A program made the translations under genes and the position numbers. A stretch of 54,061 nt of DNA, from positions 1-54,061 of IMG/VR virus record IMGVR_UViG_3300043602_000277, one strand, 5' to 3'. The notes beneath the pieces were generated by a model. It made no database searches, was not told the origin of the DNA, and worked only from the letters and a program-made list of their open reading frames with translations. Position 1 is the stretch's first letter, and each line of letters opens with the position of its first letter. Positions 16,390 to 27,522 of the stretch are shown piece after piece. The DNA is from a virus (taxonomy: Duplodnaviria > Caudoviricetes).

Positions 16390-19073
16390 ACGGCAGCCAG
16401 AAGTTCACCTACATGGTCGACATCGACGTTGCCAGTGCTGAGGCAGCGGCGAAGAAACTCCAGTCGATCTACCAGCAGGCGCTGGCGCAGATCAAGATGC
16501 CGACCGAGAGCGGGCAGAACGTCGTCGCGGCCATGCAGGCGCAGCAGAGCCAGATGAGTGCTGCGGCCAAAGCCGGCTCTTCCGAGCGCGTGGCCGCCAT
16601 GCAGGCCGAGTCTGCGGCCAAGATCAAGCAGGCGAGCGACAGCAGCACCGCCATCATCGCTGCCGAAAAACGCACGACCGCCGCTGTCCAGCAGGAGGCT
16701 GCGGCCCGCCAATCATCGCTGCAAAAGCCGCAACTTGGCGGCGAGCTGATCCCTGGCTTTGGCGGCGCCCAATCTCTCCTCAGCACATCGGTTGCCGGCA
16801 TCGGCATTGGCTTTGCCGCCAAACAGATTGTAGACACCTCGCTGGCGCTCGACGCCCAGGCCACATCCTACAAACGGGTGGAGTTGGCGGCCAAGACGCT
16901 GGCCGGTTCGCAGAGCAATCTCAACGCGCTGATGAAAACCTATGACGAGGCCACTGGCGGCATGGTCGACAAGCAAACCTCGCTGGCGACGGTGACACGC
17001 TTGATGTCGGTCGGCTTTGCCGATTCCACTGAGGAGCTGGAGAAGTTCACACGCGCCGTGCGCGGCATCTCGGTCGCCACCGGCCAGAACCAAGACTATA
17101 TCGGCAGCCAGCTGCAACTGGCGATTGCCAACCAATCGACGATGCGCCTCGACCAGCTCGGTCTCGGCGTCAGCGAGGTCAAAGACCGCATCGAGGAGCT
17201 GCGCGCTGCCAATTCCGAGCTCACGAAAGAGCAGGCCTACCAGGAGGCGATCCTCGGTCTGGCGACAGAAAAGTATGGCGCTCTGACCACAGCCACTGAC
17301 GCCCAGGCGACCAGTGTTGAGAAATTGAAGGTGGCGTGGGCCAACTGGCGCATTGAAGCGGCGCAAGCGGTCACCCCGATTGTCGAGAGCATTGCCGAGG
17401 GTGCGCGTCAGGTGTTCTTCCCCGACCTGCAAGACATTCGCCAACGCCTGGTCACGACCAACGAACAGAACCGATCCATCGCACAGCCCTTTGGTTTAGA
17501 GGACATGGGATCAGCCCCATTGGAAAAGGCCATCAAACTCATCGATGACCTCAACAAAAAGATGGCCGAGGGCGAGCACGTTCCCGAAGGATATGCGAGC
17601 GCGGTGCGAAAAGCCGCCGAGGAAACCTTGCGCTTTGGCAATGTGGGCACTGACACAGCCAGAACACTCGACGCCTTCACGCTGGTCATGGCGTCGGGCG
17701 CAGCGGGTACGATGGACTTGCAGACGGCTCTAGCCCAGGCCGAGCAAGACACGCGTGATGTGGCTGCCGCGGCAGAGGACGCCGACGCCAAGCTGATTGA
17801 ATTCGCCGGAGCAACCCGCACAGCAGCGGGCGAACTAGGCTATCTGGTGGATCTGGCCTATTCAGCGGGCGCCGGCCTCGACGACCTCGGCGACAAGGCC
17901 GATGCCGTGGGAGCCAGGCTGGCCGCCGTGCGCGAGATGAACGCACCCATCAATGCCATCAACCAGCAGATCGGCGCCGGCATCCTGCGAACCGGCGTCA
18001 ACCTCAGTGGTGTGACGGGAACGGATGCGGCCAAACAGCAGATCGCCGACGCGCAGGGCAAGCTCGAATCGCAAATTGCCGACCTCAAAACGCAGGGCAT
18101 CCGTGACCCAACCGAGCTGGCCTTCCGCACCAAGCAGCTCGAAGATGGCCTGATCAAGCCCATGCAAGACCAGATCGATGCCGACAAGGAGGCCACACGC
18201 GCCCGCGAGGCTGCCGACAGAAAAGCAGCCAGCGCTTGGGAGTCGGCGGCCAAAAAGACGGCATCGGAGATGGAGGCAGCGGCCAAGAAGATGGCGGCTG
18301 AGTTTGAGAGCGCCCTGCACGACATTCCAGGCCTTTTTGCGCCAAGCGCTGTGACAGCCGAGGACATGGATGCGGCCAAAGGCGGCTACTACCAGGAGAA
18401 GGCCGACGAGTACCTGCGGCGCTTGATGGATGAGGCCGGTGGCGGCACCGACTATGCCAACGTCGATGTCAAGGACGCCGCCAAAGCCATCGGCATGGAT
18501 GAGAACAGCGCGCCGATGGCGATTGCCAATGCCTTCAAGCAAGCCTGGGCAAGTGGCTCGCTGTGGTCTGACCCGACCAACATCGAAAAGTTCATCAACA
18601 AGGATGCTGTGGTGCGCGAGCTCGAACAAAAGCAGCGCGGCGAGCAAGGACAGAACAACCTGCTCAACTGGCTTGGCCTTGATCCACGCATCGTGGCGGC
18701 AGCCGGCTTCCAGGGCGTTTTGCCGGGTCGTTTGGGCGGAGACGTGCCTGCCGACTGGATGATGAACACGACCTCTGGCGGTGGCGGTGGCGGCAAGGGC
18801 GATTGGTCGCAGGCCAGCGCACAGATGCAGGCGGGGCTGGGCAAGGGCGCAGATTCCGGCTTGCAGCAATTTGGCCTCGACGCCGTGACCACCATCAGCA
18901 ACGCCATGACCGGCGAACAGGCGCAGGCGCAGTGGGACACATTGGGCGAAAGCGTCGGCCAGATGATGACCACCGCCATCGAGACGGGCATCGCCGGCAC
19001 CGACTTTGTTGGCGTTGTCGTTGCCGCTGCGCTCGCACAGATCAACGCGGCTCTGGAGAACACCGTACCATGA
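16386..19073 (+). CDS. Tape measure protein
   Basis: 895 aa, Ala-rich and helical, RLDQLGL motif, position. Confidence 0.9.
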   Translation: MNGSQKFTYMVDIDVASAEAAAKKLQSIYQQALAQIKMPTESGQNVVAAMQAQQSQMSAAAKAGSSERVAAMQAESAAKIKQASDSSTAIIAAEKRTTAAVQQEAAARQSSLQKPQLGGELIPGFGGAQSLLSTSVAGIGIGFAAKQIVDTSLALDAQATSYKRVELAAKTLAGSQSNLNALMKTYDEATGGMVDKQTSLATVTRLMSVGFADSTEELEKFTRAVRGISVATGQNQDYIGSQLQLAIANQSTMRLDQLGLGVSEVKDRIEELRAANSELTKEQAYQEAILGLATEKYGALTTATDAQATSVEKLKVAWANWRIEAAQAVTPIVESIAEGARQVFFPDLQDIRQRLVTTNEQNRSIAQPFGLEDMGSAPLEKAIKLIDDLNKKMAEGEHVPEGYASAVRKAAEETLRFGNVGTDTARTLDAFTLVMASGAAGTMDLQTALAQAEQDTRDVAAAAEDADAKLIEFAGATRTAAGELGYLVDLAYSAGAGLDDLGDKADAVGARLAAVREMNAPINAINQQIGAGILRTGVNLSGVTGTDAAKQQIADAQGKLESQIADLKTQGIRDPTELAFRTKQLEDGLIKPMQDQIDADKEATRAREAADRKAASAWESAAKKTASEMEAAAKKMAAEFESALHDIPGLFAPSAVTAEDMDAAKGGYYQEKADEYLRRLMDEAGGGTDYANVDVKDAAKAIGMDENSAPMAIANAFKQAWASGSLWSDPTNIEKFINKDAVVRELEQKQRGEQGQNNLLNWLGLDPRIVAAAGFQGVLPGRLGGDVPADWMMNTTSGGGGGGKGDWSQASAQMQAGLGKGADSGLQQFGLDAVTTISNAMTGEQAQAQWDTLGESVGQMMTTAIETGIAGTDFVGVVVAAALAQINAALENTVP

Positions 19074-19420
19074 CCGTATCCATTAACGCTATAACTATCC
19101 CTGTGACGATCAGGGACATTGGCAGCTATGTCTGGGTCGCCTTTGTCGAAGAGAGGCAGAACGGGCTCGGCGAGACGGTCGTCGCCGGCCTGCCTTCCGT
19201 GACCTGGACATTTCCTGTCCTCTATCCGGTCGACTTTGCCTGGTGGACAACGACGCTTTTAGGCGGCGCCTACTACCTCAAGTGCGTGGCCGTCCTGCCC
19301 AACGACCTTGACACCGAGATAACCTATTCGCAGGTCATCGTGCGGCGTCCGACCTACAGCGGTCGCATCAACGGCCTCTATCAGAACGTTGTCGTTAAAA
19401 TCGACACCATGAAAGTTTAG
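19070..19420 (+). CDS. Distal tail protein-like
   Basis: ATGA overlap with TMP; small and beta-rich. Confidence 0.55.
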   Translation: MTVSINAITIPVTIRDIGSYVWVAFVEERQNGLGETVVAGLPSVTWTFPVLYPVDFAWWTTTLLGGAYYLKCVAVLPNDLDTEITYSQVIVRRPTYSGRINGLYQNVVVKIDTMKV

Positions 19421-19424
19421 CCCT

Positions 19425-22115
19425 ATGGCTCCTTTCCAGTGGGCGATCTACATCGGGCCGCCCTGGCATGACGCAGCCAGCCCTTACTATTTTGATTGGC
19501 CGAGCTATAACAAGGACGCTGCCAGCACCCTCAGCGCGGCTTCCACGGTCGCCACGACGCTTGTCTCCGGCGCCGTTTCGGTTGTGCTCGCCAATACCGG
19601 CTCCTTTGCCAGCAAGGGCGGGGTATGGCTTGGCCCGGGTGGCAGTGGCGAGAGTTGGGAATATTGCGAATACACGAACAAGGTGCCGACGAACACGCTC
19701 ACGGGTCTGACGCGTGAGCCCACGGTCGACCGCGACCATAACGGCATCCACTCCGTTGGCGCCGCAGCTCGCCTGTGGTGGCCGCTGGCAGAGAACGACG
19801 GCAAGCTCAACATCAACTTCTCGCTGGATGACCTTTCGGTTGCGTCGGACTGGCAGTTCGAGATCAGCGGCATCAAAGCGCCGCAAGCCGCCTTCCAGCC
19901 GCTGCACCTTGCCATCATCCAATACCGCCAGGCGGTGACCGGCACGCTGACCAATTTCCTGGTCGGCTTCATGGACAGCGGCTCGATCCAGGATGATGCT
20001 CGCAGCACGCGCGGCTGGTCGGCCAAGTTCGCCAGCGTGGGAATGATGTTGCGCCGTACACAGGTCGAAGGCGTGCGCGTCGGCAACTTTGATCTGGCGT
20101 TGGCCGGGGAGGCCACATCGACGGTGCCGCTGGCTGCCCCGCACAAGGAACGCTGGACGGGTGACTTCACACCCGCCAAACCCAACTTTGACGCCAGCAT
20201 CGTTTTGCAAGAGGAGGATGATGGCATCTGGATCGGCGACCGTCTGATCGGCACAACCGAAGATCCGGCAAGCTACAGCGGCCTCAGCCAGATCTACATC
20301 AACCCGCCAGCCTCGATCAACGCCGGCTCGAAGTGGTTTGAGTTCATCTGGAGAGACACCGCAAGCACAGAGATCATCGCCTGGGACAGCGTAAGTGGCT
20401 CTCAGGTACACCTGGATCTGCCCAGCCTCGACATTAACGCCGGCGAGCGCGTGATTGTGGCCGAGAACGAAGTTGTCTTTCTCAGAGAGAACCCTACGCA
20501 AGAGGCGGTGGCTATTTTCGATGTGTCCGGATCGGACAACCCTGGCTTCTTCAATCACCTGTGGCCGGCAGGTGGCGGCATGGCCTTCAACTTCTTCGGC
20601 AGCTTTTCCAGTGGCGTTTTTTGGGGAACGACCACGCCTGGCGATGCCGGCTTTGCAGGCGCCTGGGTCGGGCCATCGCTGCCCGCACCCAAACGTGATG
20701 AGACCATGCGTTGGAAGGCGAACGACCACGGGCATGCCAACACGAAGGATGATTGGGAAGTCAGCATGCGCCAGTCGCCAGGCTACCGCATCCACAACAA
20801 CACGCGTGGCGAACAGGCATGGCTGGCGGTGACCTTGCCGGGCATGGGCCTGATCCTGCATGACGATATTGATGCGGTCAACCCTGCTGCCGGCAGCTTC
20901 CTCGCCATCGATGGGCAGAACGGGCCATCGACCGATGGGCTGGCGAACCCAGGTGATATTGTGGTCGGCGATGAAGTGATTCGCTACATCAACAAAACAG
21001 CGACCAATGTCCAGGTCAGCGAACGCGGCGCCTATGGCACGACAGCGGTCGCCCACAAAGCCAGTGATGCCGTCTTTGTCTTTCACACACAAAACGGCAG
21101 GCTCAGCGTCACCGATGCCATGCCGATTCGGGCCTTGATCTGGGAGCGTCCCGCTGGCAGCAGCAACTACCCGCGTGACTTCAACTGGCGCTATTCGGCG
21201 CTGGAAGCGCGCACACCCGACGCCGAACAGCACGAAGATGACTATGAGTTCTACCAGCCGGTCGCCGACTATGCCTTTCCCAGCATGCAGTTGACACTGG
21301 CGCAGGCACGCGTCAAAACCATCTTGCTCGAGTTCAAGCGCATGGCCGCCGACCCGTCTCGCCCGCGCATCAATCGCCTCAAGGCATTGGTGGATGAGAG
21401 CTATTTTGACAGCTCGCTGTGGCTGGACGAGGGGACGAGCATTGAAGGGCTCATGCAACGCATCCTGCTCAACGCCGGCCTGAGCACTAGCGCCATCCAG
21501 ATCATCGCAAATGGCGTGGCGCCGAGCGGCTTCACGACAGCTATCGATATGGCCTGGAATGTCATCGCCAGCGCCGCCGAGCTGGGCAACAGCATGATCA
21601 AGATCGACCGCGACAGCAAGGTCATCCTACAGCCCGACAACCTCTGGCGTGTGCCGGTCGGCACGTATGCACCCTCCAAAACCTGGACACGCAGCAATGC
21701 CGGCAACGTACAATTCTCGCGCATCGCCGGCGCCACCGCCTCACAGGTCAAACTACACTGGAAGTTGCCGGACGGCAGTGACAGCGGTGTTGCCAAGTAT
21801 CCGGCCACGCCGGCTGCGCTGGGCGCTGAGCAGGAGATCGGGCCACTATACTTTGCCAGCAAGGCCGATGCCGACCTGGCTGCCCGCAAACGCTTCTACC
21901 TAGCTCGCTATCCCTACGAGCTGGTCGTCTCGCTGGCGCAGGGTGATCTGACGGTCGAGCCGCACCAGATCCACCGAGTACAATGGCCGCTCGCTGAGGA
22001 TGGGCAGCAGATTGACAGATTGATCCTGGTGCGCCAGGTGCAGCACTCCATCAGCAACCAGCTGCTGGCAACCGTTCTGCATGGCATCGTCATCGACCAG
22101 GAATGGGAGGTTTAA
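19425..22115 (+). CDS. Tail tip/hub protein
   Basis: 896 aa after the Dit-like gene; DEVIRY...RGAYGTTAVAH motif seen in tail proteins. Confidence 0.7.
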   Translation: MAPFQWAIYIGPPWHDAASPYYFDWPSYNKDAASTLSAASTVATTLVSGAVSVVLANTGSFASKGGVWLGPGGSGESWEYCEYTNKVPTNTLTGLTREPTVDRDHNGIHSVGAAARLWWPLAENDGKLNINFSLDDLSVASDWQFEISGIKAPQAAFQPLHLAIIQYRQAVTGTLTNFLVGFMDSGSIQDDARSTRGWSAKFASVGMMLRRTQVEGVRVGNFDLALAGEATSTVPLAAPHKERWTGDFTPAKPNFDASIVLQEEDDGIWIGDRLIGTTEDPASYSGLSQIYINPPASINAGSKWFEFIWRDTASTEIIAWDSVSGSQVHLDLPSLDINAGERVIVAENEVVFLRENPTQEAVAIFDVSGSDNPGFFNHLWPAGGGMAFNFFGSFSSGVFWGTTTPGDAGFAGAWVGPSLPAPKRDETMRWKANDHGHANTKDDWEVSMRQSPGYRIHNNTRGEQAWLAVTLPGMGLILHDDIDAVNPAAGSFLAIDGQNGPSTDGLANPGDIVVGDEVIRYINKTATNVQVSERGAYGTTAVAHKASDAVFVFHTQNGRLSVTDAMPIRALIWERPAGSSNYPRDFNWRYSALEARTPDAEQHEDDYEFYQPVADYAFPSMQLTLAQARVKTILLEFKRMAADPSRPRINRLKALVDESYFDSSLWLDEGTSIEGLMQRILLNAGLSTSAIQIIANGVAPSGFTTAIDMAWNVIASAAELGNSMIKIDRDSKVILQPDNLWRVPVGTYAPSKTWTRSNAGNVQFSRIAGATASQVKLHWKLPDGSDSGVAKYPATPAALGAEQEIGPLYFASKADADLAARKRFYLARYPYELVVSLAQGDLTVEPHQIHRVQWPLAEDGQQIDRLILVRQVQHSISNQLLATVLHGIVIDQEWEV

Positions 22116-25100
22116 TGCCCAATACACCGAACAACGCGCGCATCGCCGCTCATGTGACAAGGCAGGCCAACAAGCTGGCCTCTAAGCTCGACAAGCGCTA
22201 TGAGAAGTCACCGGTTGTCTTTCAGGGCGTGAGCGCGGGCCACAACCAGGTGCAAATTGGCGGCAAACTCTACCCGGCAGAAGGCGTCGACGGGCAGGGT
22301 GGATCGTTGCAAGTGGTCAATGTCGGCACGCCGGCTGTGGCTCGCTATGCGCCTCCCAATCGCAGCAGCGTGATTGCGCTCTCCGGTTCGGGTGGTGGCA
22401 GTGGCAGCGGTGGAGGCGGTGGCGGCGGCAGCGGTGGCGGTGCGACCAACCTCGACTCACTGACCGATGTCACCGTAACAGCACCTGCCAACGCACAGGT
22501 CTTGCAATACAGCGCAGCCAGCGGCCAATGGGTCAACGTGCCATTCGCCTTTGCTCCTTCTCCCCATGACCTCAGTGGCGGCCATCATCAAGGCAAGCTC
22601 AACTGGCCGCTGATCAACTTCACCGGCTCGAATTTGACCAGCATCGAAACGCGGCTGCATGTCAATCTGCAAGGCATCGGGCCGGATGACCATCATGCCC
22701 AGGCACACGTCCTGGCAACGGGAACGGCGCTGGGCGGGGATCACACCATCAGCGGGGCAGCGGTGGGAGAGGTGCTGCGCGCCCTGGGGCCAACGAGCGC
22801 CGCCTTCGACAAGCTCTTGCATACCGACCTTGACCCGACCAGCGTCACTGCCAACCAGCATCACAATCAAGCTCATCTGCTGGCGACCGATGTAGCGCTG
22901 GGGCCGGATCACACGATCAGCGGCGCTCTTCCTGGCTATGTCCTGCGCGCCAGCTCGCCGACCGCTGCTCAGTTTATGCAGTTAAACCATGATGACCTTG
23001 ACAATGTGCTGCCCGACCAGCATCACCCGCGCATCCACAACATCGTCACGGGAGATGCGAGTGGGCCTGTCCACTCGATCACAGGCGTTCGCTTTCAACT
23101 GGTGGGAGCAACGGGCACGAATGTGCTAGGGCTGTTGACACCCGCCTCTGCGCCAGGCGCAGCCGAAGCCATCCTCAAAACCGATGTCTATGGCGGCGTT
23201 CAACTCGACACCAATCTGCTTTACGTCGACGCAGCCGACAATTGGGTTGGCATCAACCGCACCCCCGCTGGCGCTGCACTGGATATTACCGCCTTCTCCA
23301 CGGGCGACATTACGCAGCGCATCAAGCAGATCCCCGGCCAAACGCAGCGGTTATGGAGGGTGGAGGATTCGACGGGCCATGAGCTGATCGTGTTGGACAA
23401 TGTCGGCAACTTGCAATCGGGCCAGCCTGGCTTTGTCTCCGGCTTGCTCGGTTGGCAGATCAGCTATAACGGCAATGCTGAGTTCAACAACCTCTGGTGC
23501 CGGGGCGAGCTGCACGCCACGGTATTCGTCAAGGACGAGATCCATGCGACCGGCGGTTCGCTGCTGGTGGCCTCGGCAGGCACGCTGCATGATGATGCCG
23601 CCATTAGCTCAGCGATCACGGATGACGATGAGTTGTGGGTGTACAGCAAGTCGGCGGGGTGGGGCGTGCCGATGACAGTCGTAACCACGTCACCCACCTT
23701 TACGGGCAACATCTTGCATGTATCGCACATCGGCAACATCATCACCATCAATGACCCGCCGAGCGGGCCGGCCTTCTACTTCCAGCCTGGCGACATTATC
23801 CGCAGTAAAACAGAGGTACCGACAGGCGTCACCGATTTCTGGCTGGAAGTTAACGCTGCCCAGCAGATGGATGGGTACGCCAACTATAGCGTGGTCAAAC
23901 GTTCGGGAACGGATGGCCCGTTGCCCAAAGGGTCGGCGGTCGTCAGCTATGGCAAGCAGGGCGATGGTCGCATTATGCTGACCTCTGATCTCAACTATGC
24001 GCCCTACATCGACATTTTTACCATCGGGCCTCAGGTCTGGACAGCCAATGCCGGGTCGATCATCCCACATGTGCGACTGGGCAGATTGGATGGGGTGGGC
24101 GTCCCTGGCTCGCATTTGGCGAATGCTGTCTACCATCCTGGCGACGGTCTGCCTGGCATTACGGGAGACGGCTCCACGCCGCAGTATGGCATGATTGCGG
24201 GCAGCGACCTGAGCGATGCCAACAGCGGCTATCTGATCGCCTCCAACAAGCAACTCGCCCTCTACAAGGTCAACATGCGCCTCAACAACGGCATCGCTGA
24301 CACAGGGCTATGGACAGCCGAGGGCAACCTGCGCATCGGCAAAAATGTGGGCGCCGATGCCACGACAGGTTTTCGGGTCTATACAACGGATGGGCCTACC
24401 AACAACGCCGGAGATGTCGTCATCGGCAATGTGGCAACGGGCAATTATCTGATGTGGTCTCAGCTGAGCGGATCGCTGATCGTCCAGGGGCAGCTCATCG
24501 TGTCGGGTGGCGGCGGCTCGGTAGACAAGGATTACGTCGACACTTGGGATCAGCACTATCATGGGCTGGCATTGACCGCCAGTAGCAATGCCCAGGGCAA
24601 TGCCCAGGTCTATGGAACCGCGCGGCGGCTGGTCGGCGTGACCGGAACCTGGACAAGCCCAGGCCCGAACCAGATCAGTTGGGCATCGCTCAGTGCGGCC
24701 TTTGCCGATGGCACATCTCGCAGCATCGCCAATCCTGTCGCTCCAGGCTATATCACGATCAGCGTGCGCACCTACCTCTTTGTCAGTGTAGCGGGGACGG
24801 GTACGATCACGATGCGACCGCCAGTGACCGACCCTGCTCTGATCAACTCGCCCGACTATGTGCTAATCGCCGTGGCTGATCCTGGCTCGCCCAAAGCATC
24901 GGTGTCCGTAGTGGCGGGAACAACCTACATTTCCGGCACCAATATCGCTACGTTATCGATCAATGCCAATCACATCGCAGCCAACTCCATCTACGCCGGA
25001 ATGATTGTGGGCGGGGAAGTCCATGCTAGCCATATGGCAGCGGATGTGTTCACCACGACTACAGATCAGGCGACCGCCAAAGCCAGCGGGCAGCGCACGA

Positions 25101-27181
25101 TTGCGGTGACAGGCACGTTTGTCTCGACAGGCTACCAGTCGATCAGTTGGGGGACGCCGACCAATGTGCAGGTGGTCAAGGGTAACAGTACGCTGGTCAC
25201 AATCGCCGATGGCGTGCTCAATGCCAGCAGCGTTGCCCCCCTGGCTCCATTAACGACCAGGCTCTACCTCTACATCCTCGAAACCGATGCCGGAACCGTG
25301 AGTATGCGAGCGGTCAGCAACATCGACTCTCTGCCTGCCAATGCCATTATGATCGCTGTGGTCACGCCAGGCACAACGGGTGTCAATGGCACTGAGGCAG
25401 CCACCATCATCATGGTCAATGGCGGTGTGGTCATCTCAGGCGACAGCATTGCCGCCAACAGCATCGTCGCCAGCAACATCAAGGCCAACAGCATCACATC
25501 GGCGCAGATCGCCGCGGATGTGTACACCACAGCCAACAGCAAGAAGGTGCTGGCGGTCAATGGCACGTTCACGCCCTCGCTGACCAATGCGGCGCAGGTG
25601 ACCTGGGCAGGTGTTACGCTGGTCAGAGGTGATGGCGGCCCACTCCAGACTATCACCGATGGCTTCACAGGCACGATGACCGCGCGTACCTACCTCTACA
25701 TCAACGACGGTGATCCGCTGTCAACGACGATGAAGAGCCAGACGAACATCAACCTGATTCCACCCAACGCCATTATGGTGGCGGTCTGCGAGCCAGGGGC
25801 GTTGGCGGCCTCCGCGGTTGTGGTCGGTGGCGGTGTGGTCATCTCTGGCGATGACATTGTGGCGGGCACCATCACAGCTGGACACATTGTAGCGGGTTCA
25901 ATTACGACGAGAGAGTTGGACAACAATTATGAAGCAGCCCTAACGACACAGATCAACACAGCGGCCTCTGGTGCGGGTGGAACAGCGACAACAGATGCCA
26001 ATCTCTATTCCGCACAGCGGCGCTTAATCGGTGTGACAGGCACATGGACGGTGGCGTCGAGCAATGTTTTCTCATGGTCGGACTTTGTCGCCAGCATGGG
26101 CTCTGGCAACCGCTCTATCGTGGCGGGCTTCTATAATGGCGGAACCAATGGTCGTCGCTACTTCTACATTGACATTACGACGGGGACAACCTTACGAAAT
26201 ACAGCTGACCCGACCACCCTTAGCGCCAACCACGTTCTCATCGCCATCTTTGAGCCAGGCGCAACGGCTGGTGGGGCGATGGGGACAATTACCGTCCTCG
26301 GTGGCACAACCTGGATCGGCGGCGACCAGATCATCACCGACAGCATCATCGGCAATCGCATCAAGGCCAACTCGATCAATGCCGACCATATCATTGGCAA
26401 AGAGATCACCAGCGACAAGATGAGCATCAACGACCTGTCCTTGATGCATGGCAACTTCGGAAACGTCAATACAGGGCCGCTGACGGTTAACGGCACACTG
26501 CAAATGAACTCAGCAGGCAGGATCTATTCAGGCGCCAAAGTCGCCTTTGGCAGCTCACAGCCTGGTTTCTTCCTCGGCTTCGATACAGGCACCTATAAAT
26601 TCGATGTTGGCAACAATCAAGACTATCTACGCTGGAATGGGAGCAGCCTAGCGCTCAAAACAACCGTCCCACTTGACCTTACCAGCGATGTCAGCAACGC
26701 CATCTTCCGCTTTCATAGTCCAGGCGGCAGGGCAGCGTCGATGTACTTCGACGCTGGCGGCAACAACCTATTTGAATTCGATGCGCAGGTCAAGGCAGTG
26801 AATTTGATAGCGCAAAATGTTCTGACGATTGACAGTGCAATTGGGTCGGGTGGCGACGTGTTGAAATTCATAGTCCCTGCGCCGCAATTTAATCCTGGGA
26901 GTGACACTTTTCGCTACGACCGCACCGGGTCAAGCGGCCTATGGTATTCGGTGTCAAGCATGTTGACTTACAGTGGTGATGTGAAGATTCAGCGCACTCT
27001 CCAGGCAGCCAACCTCATCGTGCTTGGCAATTCAATCTCGATCACGCAGTCCTCGACGATTACGTCCTGGAACAGTTCACCGGGAGGCACTGCTGGTGAA
27101 CTGCGCTGGGGCGGTGACAGTCTCTATTTATGGAGTGGGTCGCGGTGGATGCGCGCCCGCTTAGATGCCACGAACTGGTAA
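22115..27181 (+). CDS. Large tail fibre/host-specificity protein with internal repeats
   Basis: LDSLTDV...GQWVN motif, His-rich repeats, GNAEFNN..RG, four ~140-150-aa repeats, I.A.HI.A.SIT fibre repeats. Confidence 0.85.
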   Translation: MPNTPNNARIAAHVTRQANKLASKLDKRYEKSPVVFQGVSAGHNQVQIGGKLYPAEGVDGQGGSLQVVNVGTPAVARYAPPNRSSVIALSGSGGGSGSGGGGGGGSGGGATNLDSLTDVTVTAPANAQVLQYSAASGQWVNVPFAFAPSPHDLSGGHHQGKLNWPLINFTGSNLTSIETRLHVNLQGIGPDDHHAQAHVLATGTALGGDHTISGAAVGEVLRALGPTSAAFDKLLHTDLDPTSVTANQHHNQAHLLATDVALGPDHTISGALPGYVLRASSPTAAQFMQLNHDDLDNVLPDQHHPRIHNIVTGDASGPVHSITGVRFQLVGATGTNVLGLLTPASAPGAAEAILKTDVYGGVQLDTNLLYVDAADNWVGINRTPAGAALDITAFSTGDITQRIKQIPGQTQRLWRVEDSTGHELIVLDNVGNLQSGQPGFVSGLLGWQISYNGNAEFNNLWCRGELHATVFVKDEIHATGGSLLVASAGTLHDDAAISSAITDDDELWVYSKSAGWGVPMTVVTTSPTFTGNILHVSHIGNIITINDPPSGPAFYFQPGDIIRSKTEVPTGVTDFWLEVNAAQQMDGYANYSVVKRSGTDGPLPKGSAVVSYGKQGDGRIMLTSDLNYAPYIDIFTIGPQVWTANAGSIIPHVRLGRLDGVGVPGSHLANAVYHPGDGLPGITGDGSTPQYGMIAGSDLSDANSGYLIASNKQLALYKVNMRLNNGIADTGLWTAEGNLRIGKNVGADATTGFRVYTTDGPTNNAGDVVIGNVATGNYLMWSQLSGSLIVQGQLIVSGGGGSVDKDYVDTWDQHYHGLALTASSNAQGNAQVYGTARRLVGVTGTWTSPGPNQISWASLSAAFADGTSRSIANPVAPGYITISVRTYLFVSVAGTGTITMRPPVTDPALINSPDYVLIAVADPGSPKASVSVVAGTTYISGTNIATLSINANHIAANSIYAGMIVGGEVHASHMAADVFTTTTDQATAKASGQRTIAVTGTFVSTGYQSISWGTPTNVQVVKGNSTLVTIADGVLNASSVAPLAPLTTRLYLYILETDAGTVSMRAVSNIDSLPANAIMIAVVTPGTTGVNGTEAATIIMVNGGVVISGDSIAANSIVASNIKANSITSAQIAADVYTTANSKKVLAVNGTFTPSLTNAAQVTWAGVTLVRGDGGPLQTITDGFTGTMTARTYLYINDGDPLSTTMKSQTNINLIPPNAIMVAVCEPGALAASAVVVGGGVVISGDDIVAGTITAGHIVAGSITTRELDNNYEAALTTQINTAASGAGGTATTDANLYSAQRRLIGVTGTWTVASSNVFSWSDFVASMGSGNRSIVAGFYNGGTNGRRYFYIDITTGTTLRNTADPTTLSANHVLIAIFEPGATAGGAMGTITVLGGTTWIGGDQIITDSIIGNRIKANSINADHIIGKEITSDKMSINDLSLMHGNFGNVNTGPLTVNGTLQMNSAGRIYSGAKVAFGSSQPGFFLGFDTGTYKFDVGNNQDYLRWNGSSLALKTTVPLDLTSDVSNAIFRFHSPGGRAASMYFDAGGNNLFEFDAQVKAVNLIAQNVLTIDSAIGSGGDVLKFIVPAPQFNPGSDTFRYDRTGSSGLWYSVSSMLTYSGDVKIQRTLQAANLIVLGNSISITQSSTITSWNSSPGGTAGELRWGGDSLYLWSGSRWMRARLDATNW

Positions 27182-27192
27182 AAGGAGAAACG

Positions 27193-27522
27193 ATGGCAAA
27201 TAGCAACGGCACCCAAGGGGTTCCCGTAAAGCAAGCAGAGACCCACGCCGCGCGTGAGCTGAGCCTGGCACAGCGTGAGCACTTGATGATGCTGGTCGGG
27301 CAGATGAACATCACCCATGCCGAGATGGAGGCGGCGCAGCAGGCGCACGAAACGGCGACCGCCAATGCCAACAGCTTTCTGGCCTACTGCGCCAGGGAGC
27401 ATGGCACGAATACCCCGGCATGGCGCTTCGATCAAGACCGGACGACCTTTTTCTATGAGCCCGTGGTAGAGGGCGATCCGGGTGACAAGGGCCGCGTGAT
27501 AGAAGGCGCTCATGCAATATAA
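27193..27522 (+). CDS. Small tail-associated protein, tandem paralog 1
   Basis: AAGGAG RBS; LS.AQR.HL...FL.YCA.E.G...W.FD.D shared with the next gene. Confidence 0.75.
   Translation: MANSNGTQGVPVKQAETHAARELSLAQREHLMMLVGQMNITHAEMEAAQQAHETATANANSFLAYCAREHGTNTPAWRFDQDRTTFFYEPVVEGDPGDKGRVIEGAHAI

Noticed and set aside
19395-21458. 687-aa minus-strand ORF (and similar long antisense ORFs, e.g. 17862-18869, 4446-5315)
   Set aside because: Shadow frames of GC-rich plus-strand genes; no motifs or RBS.
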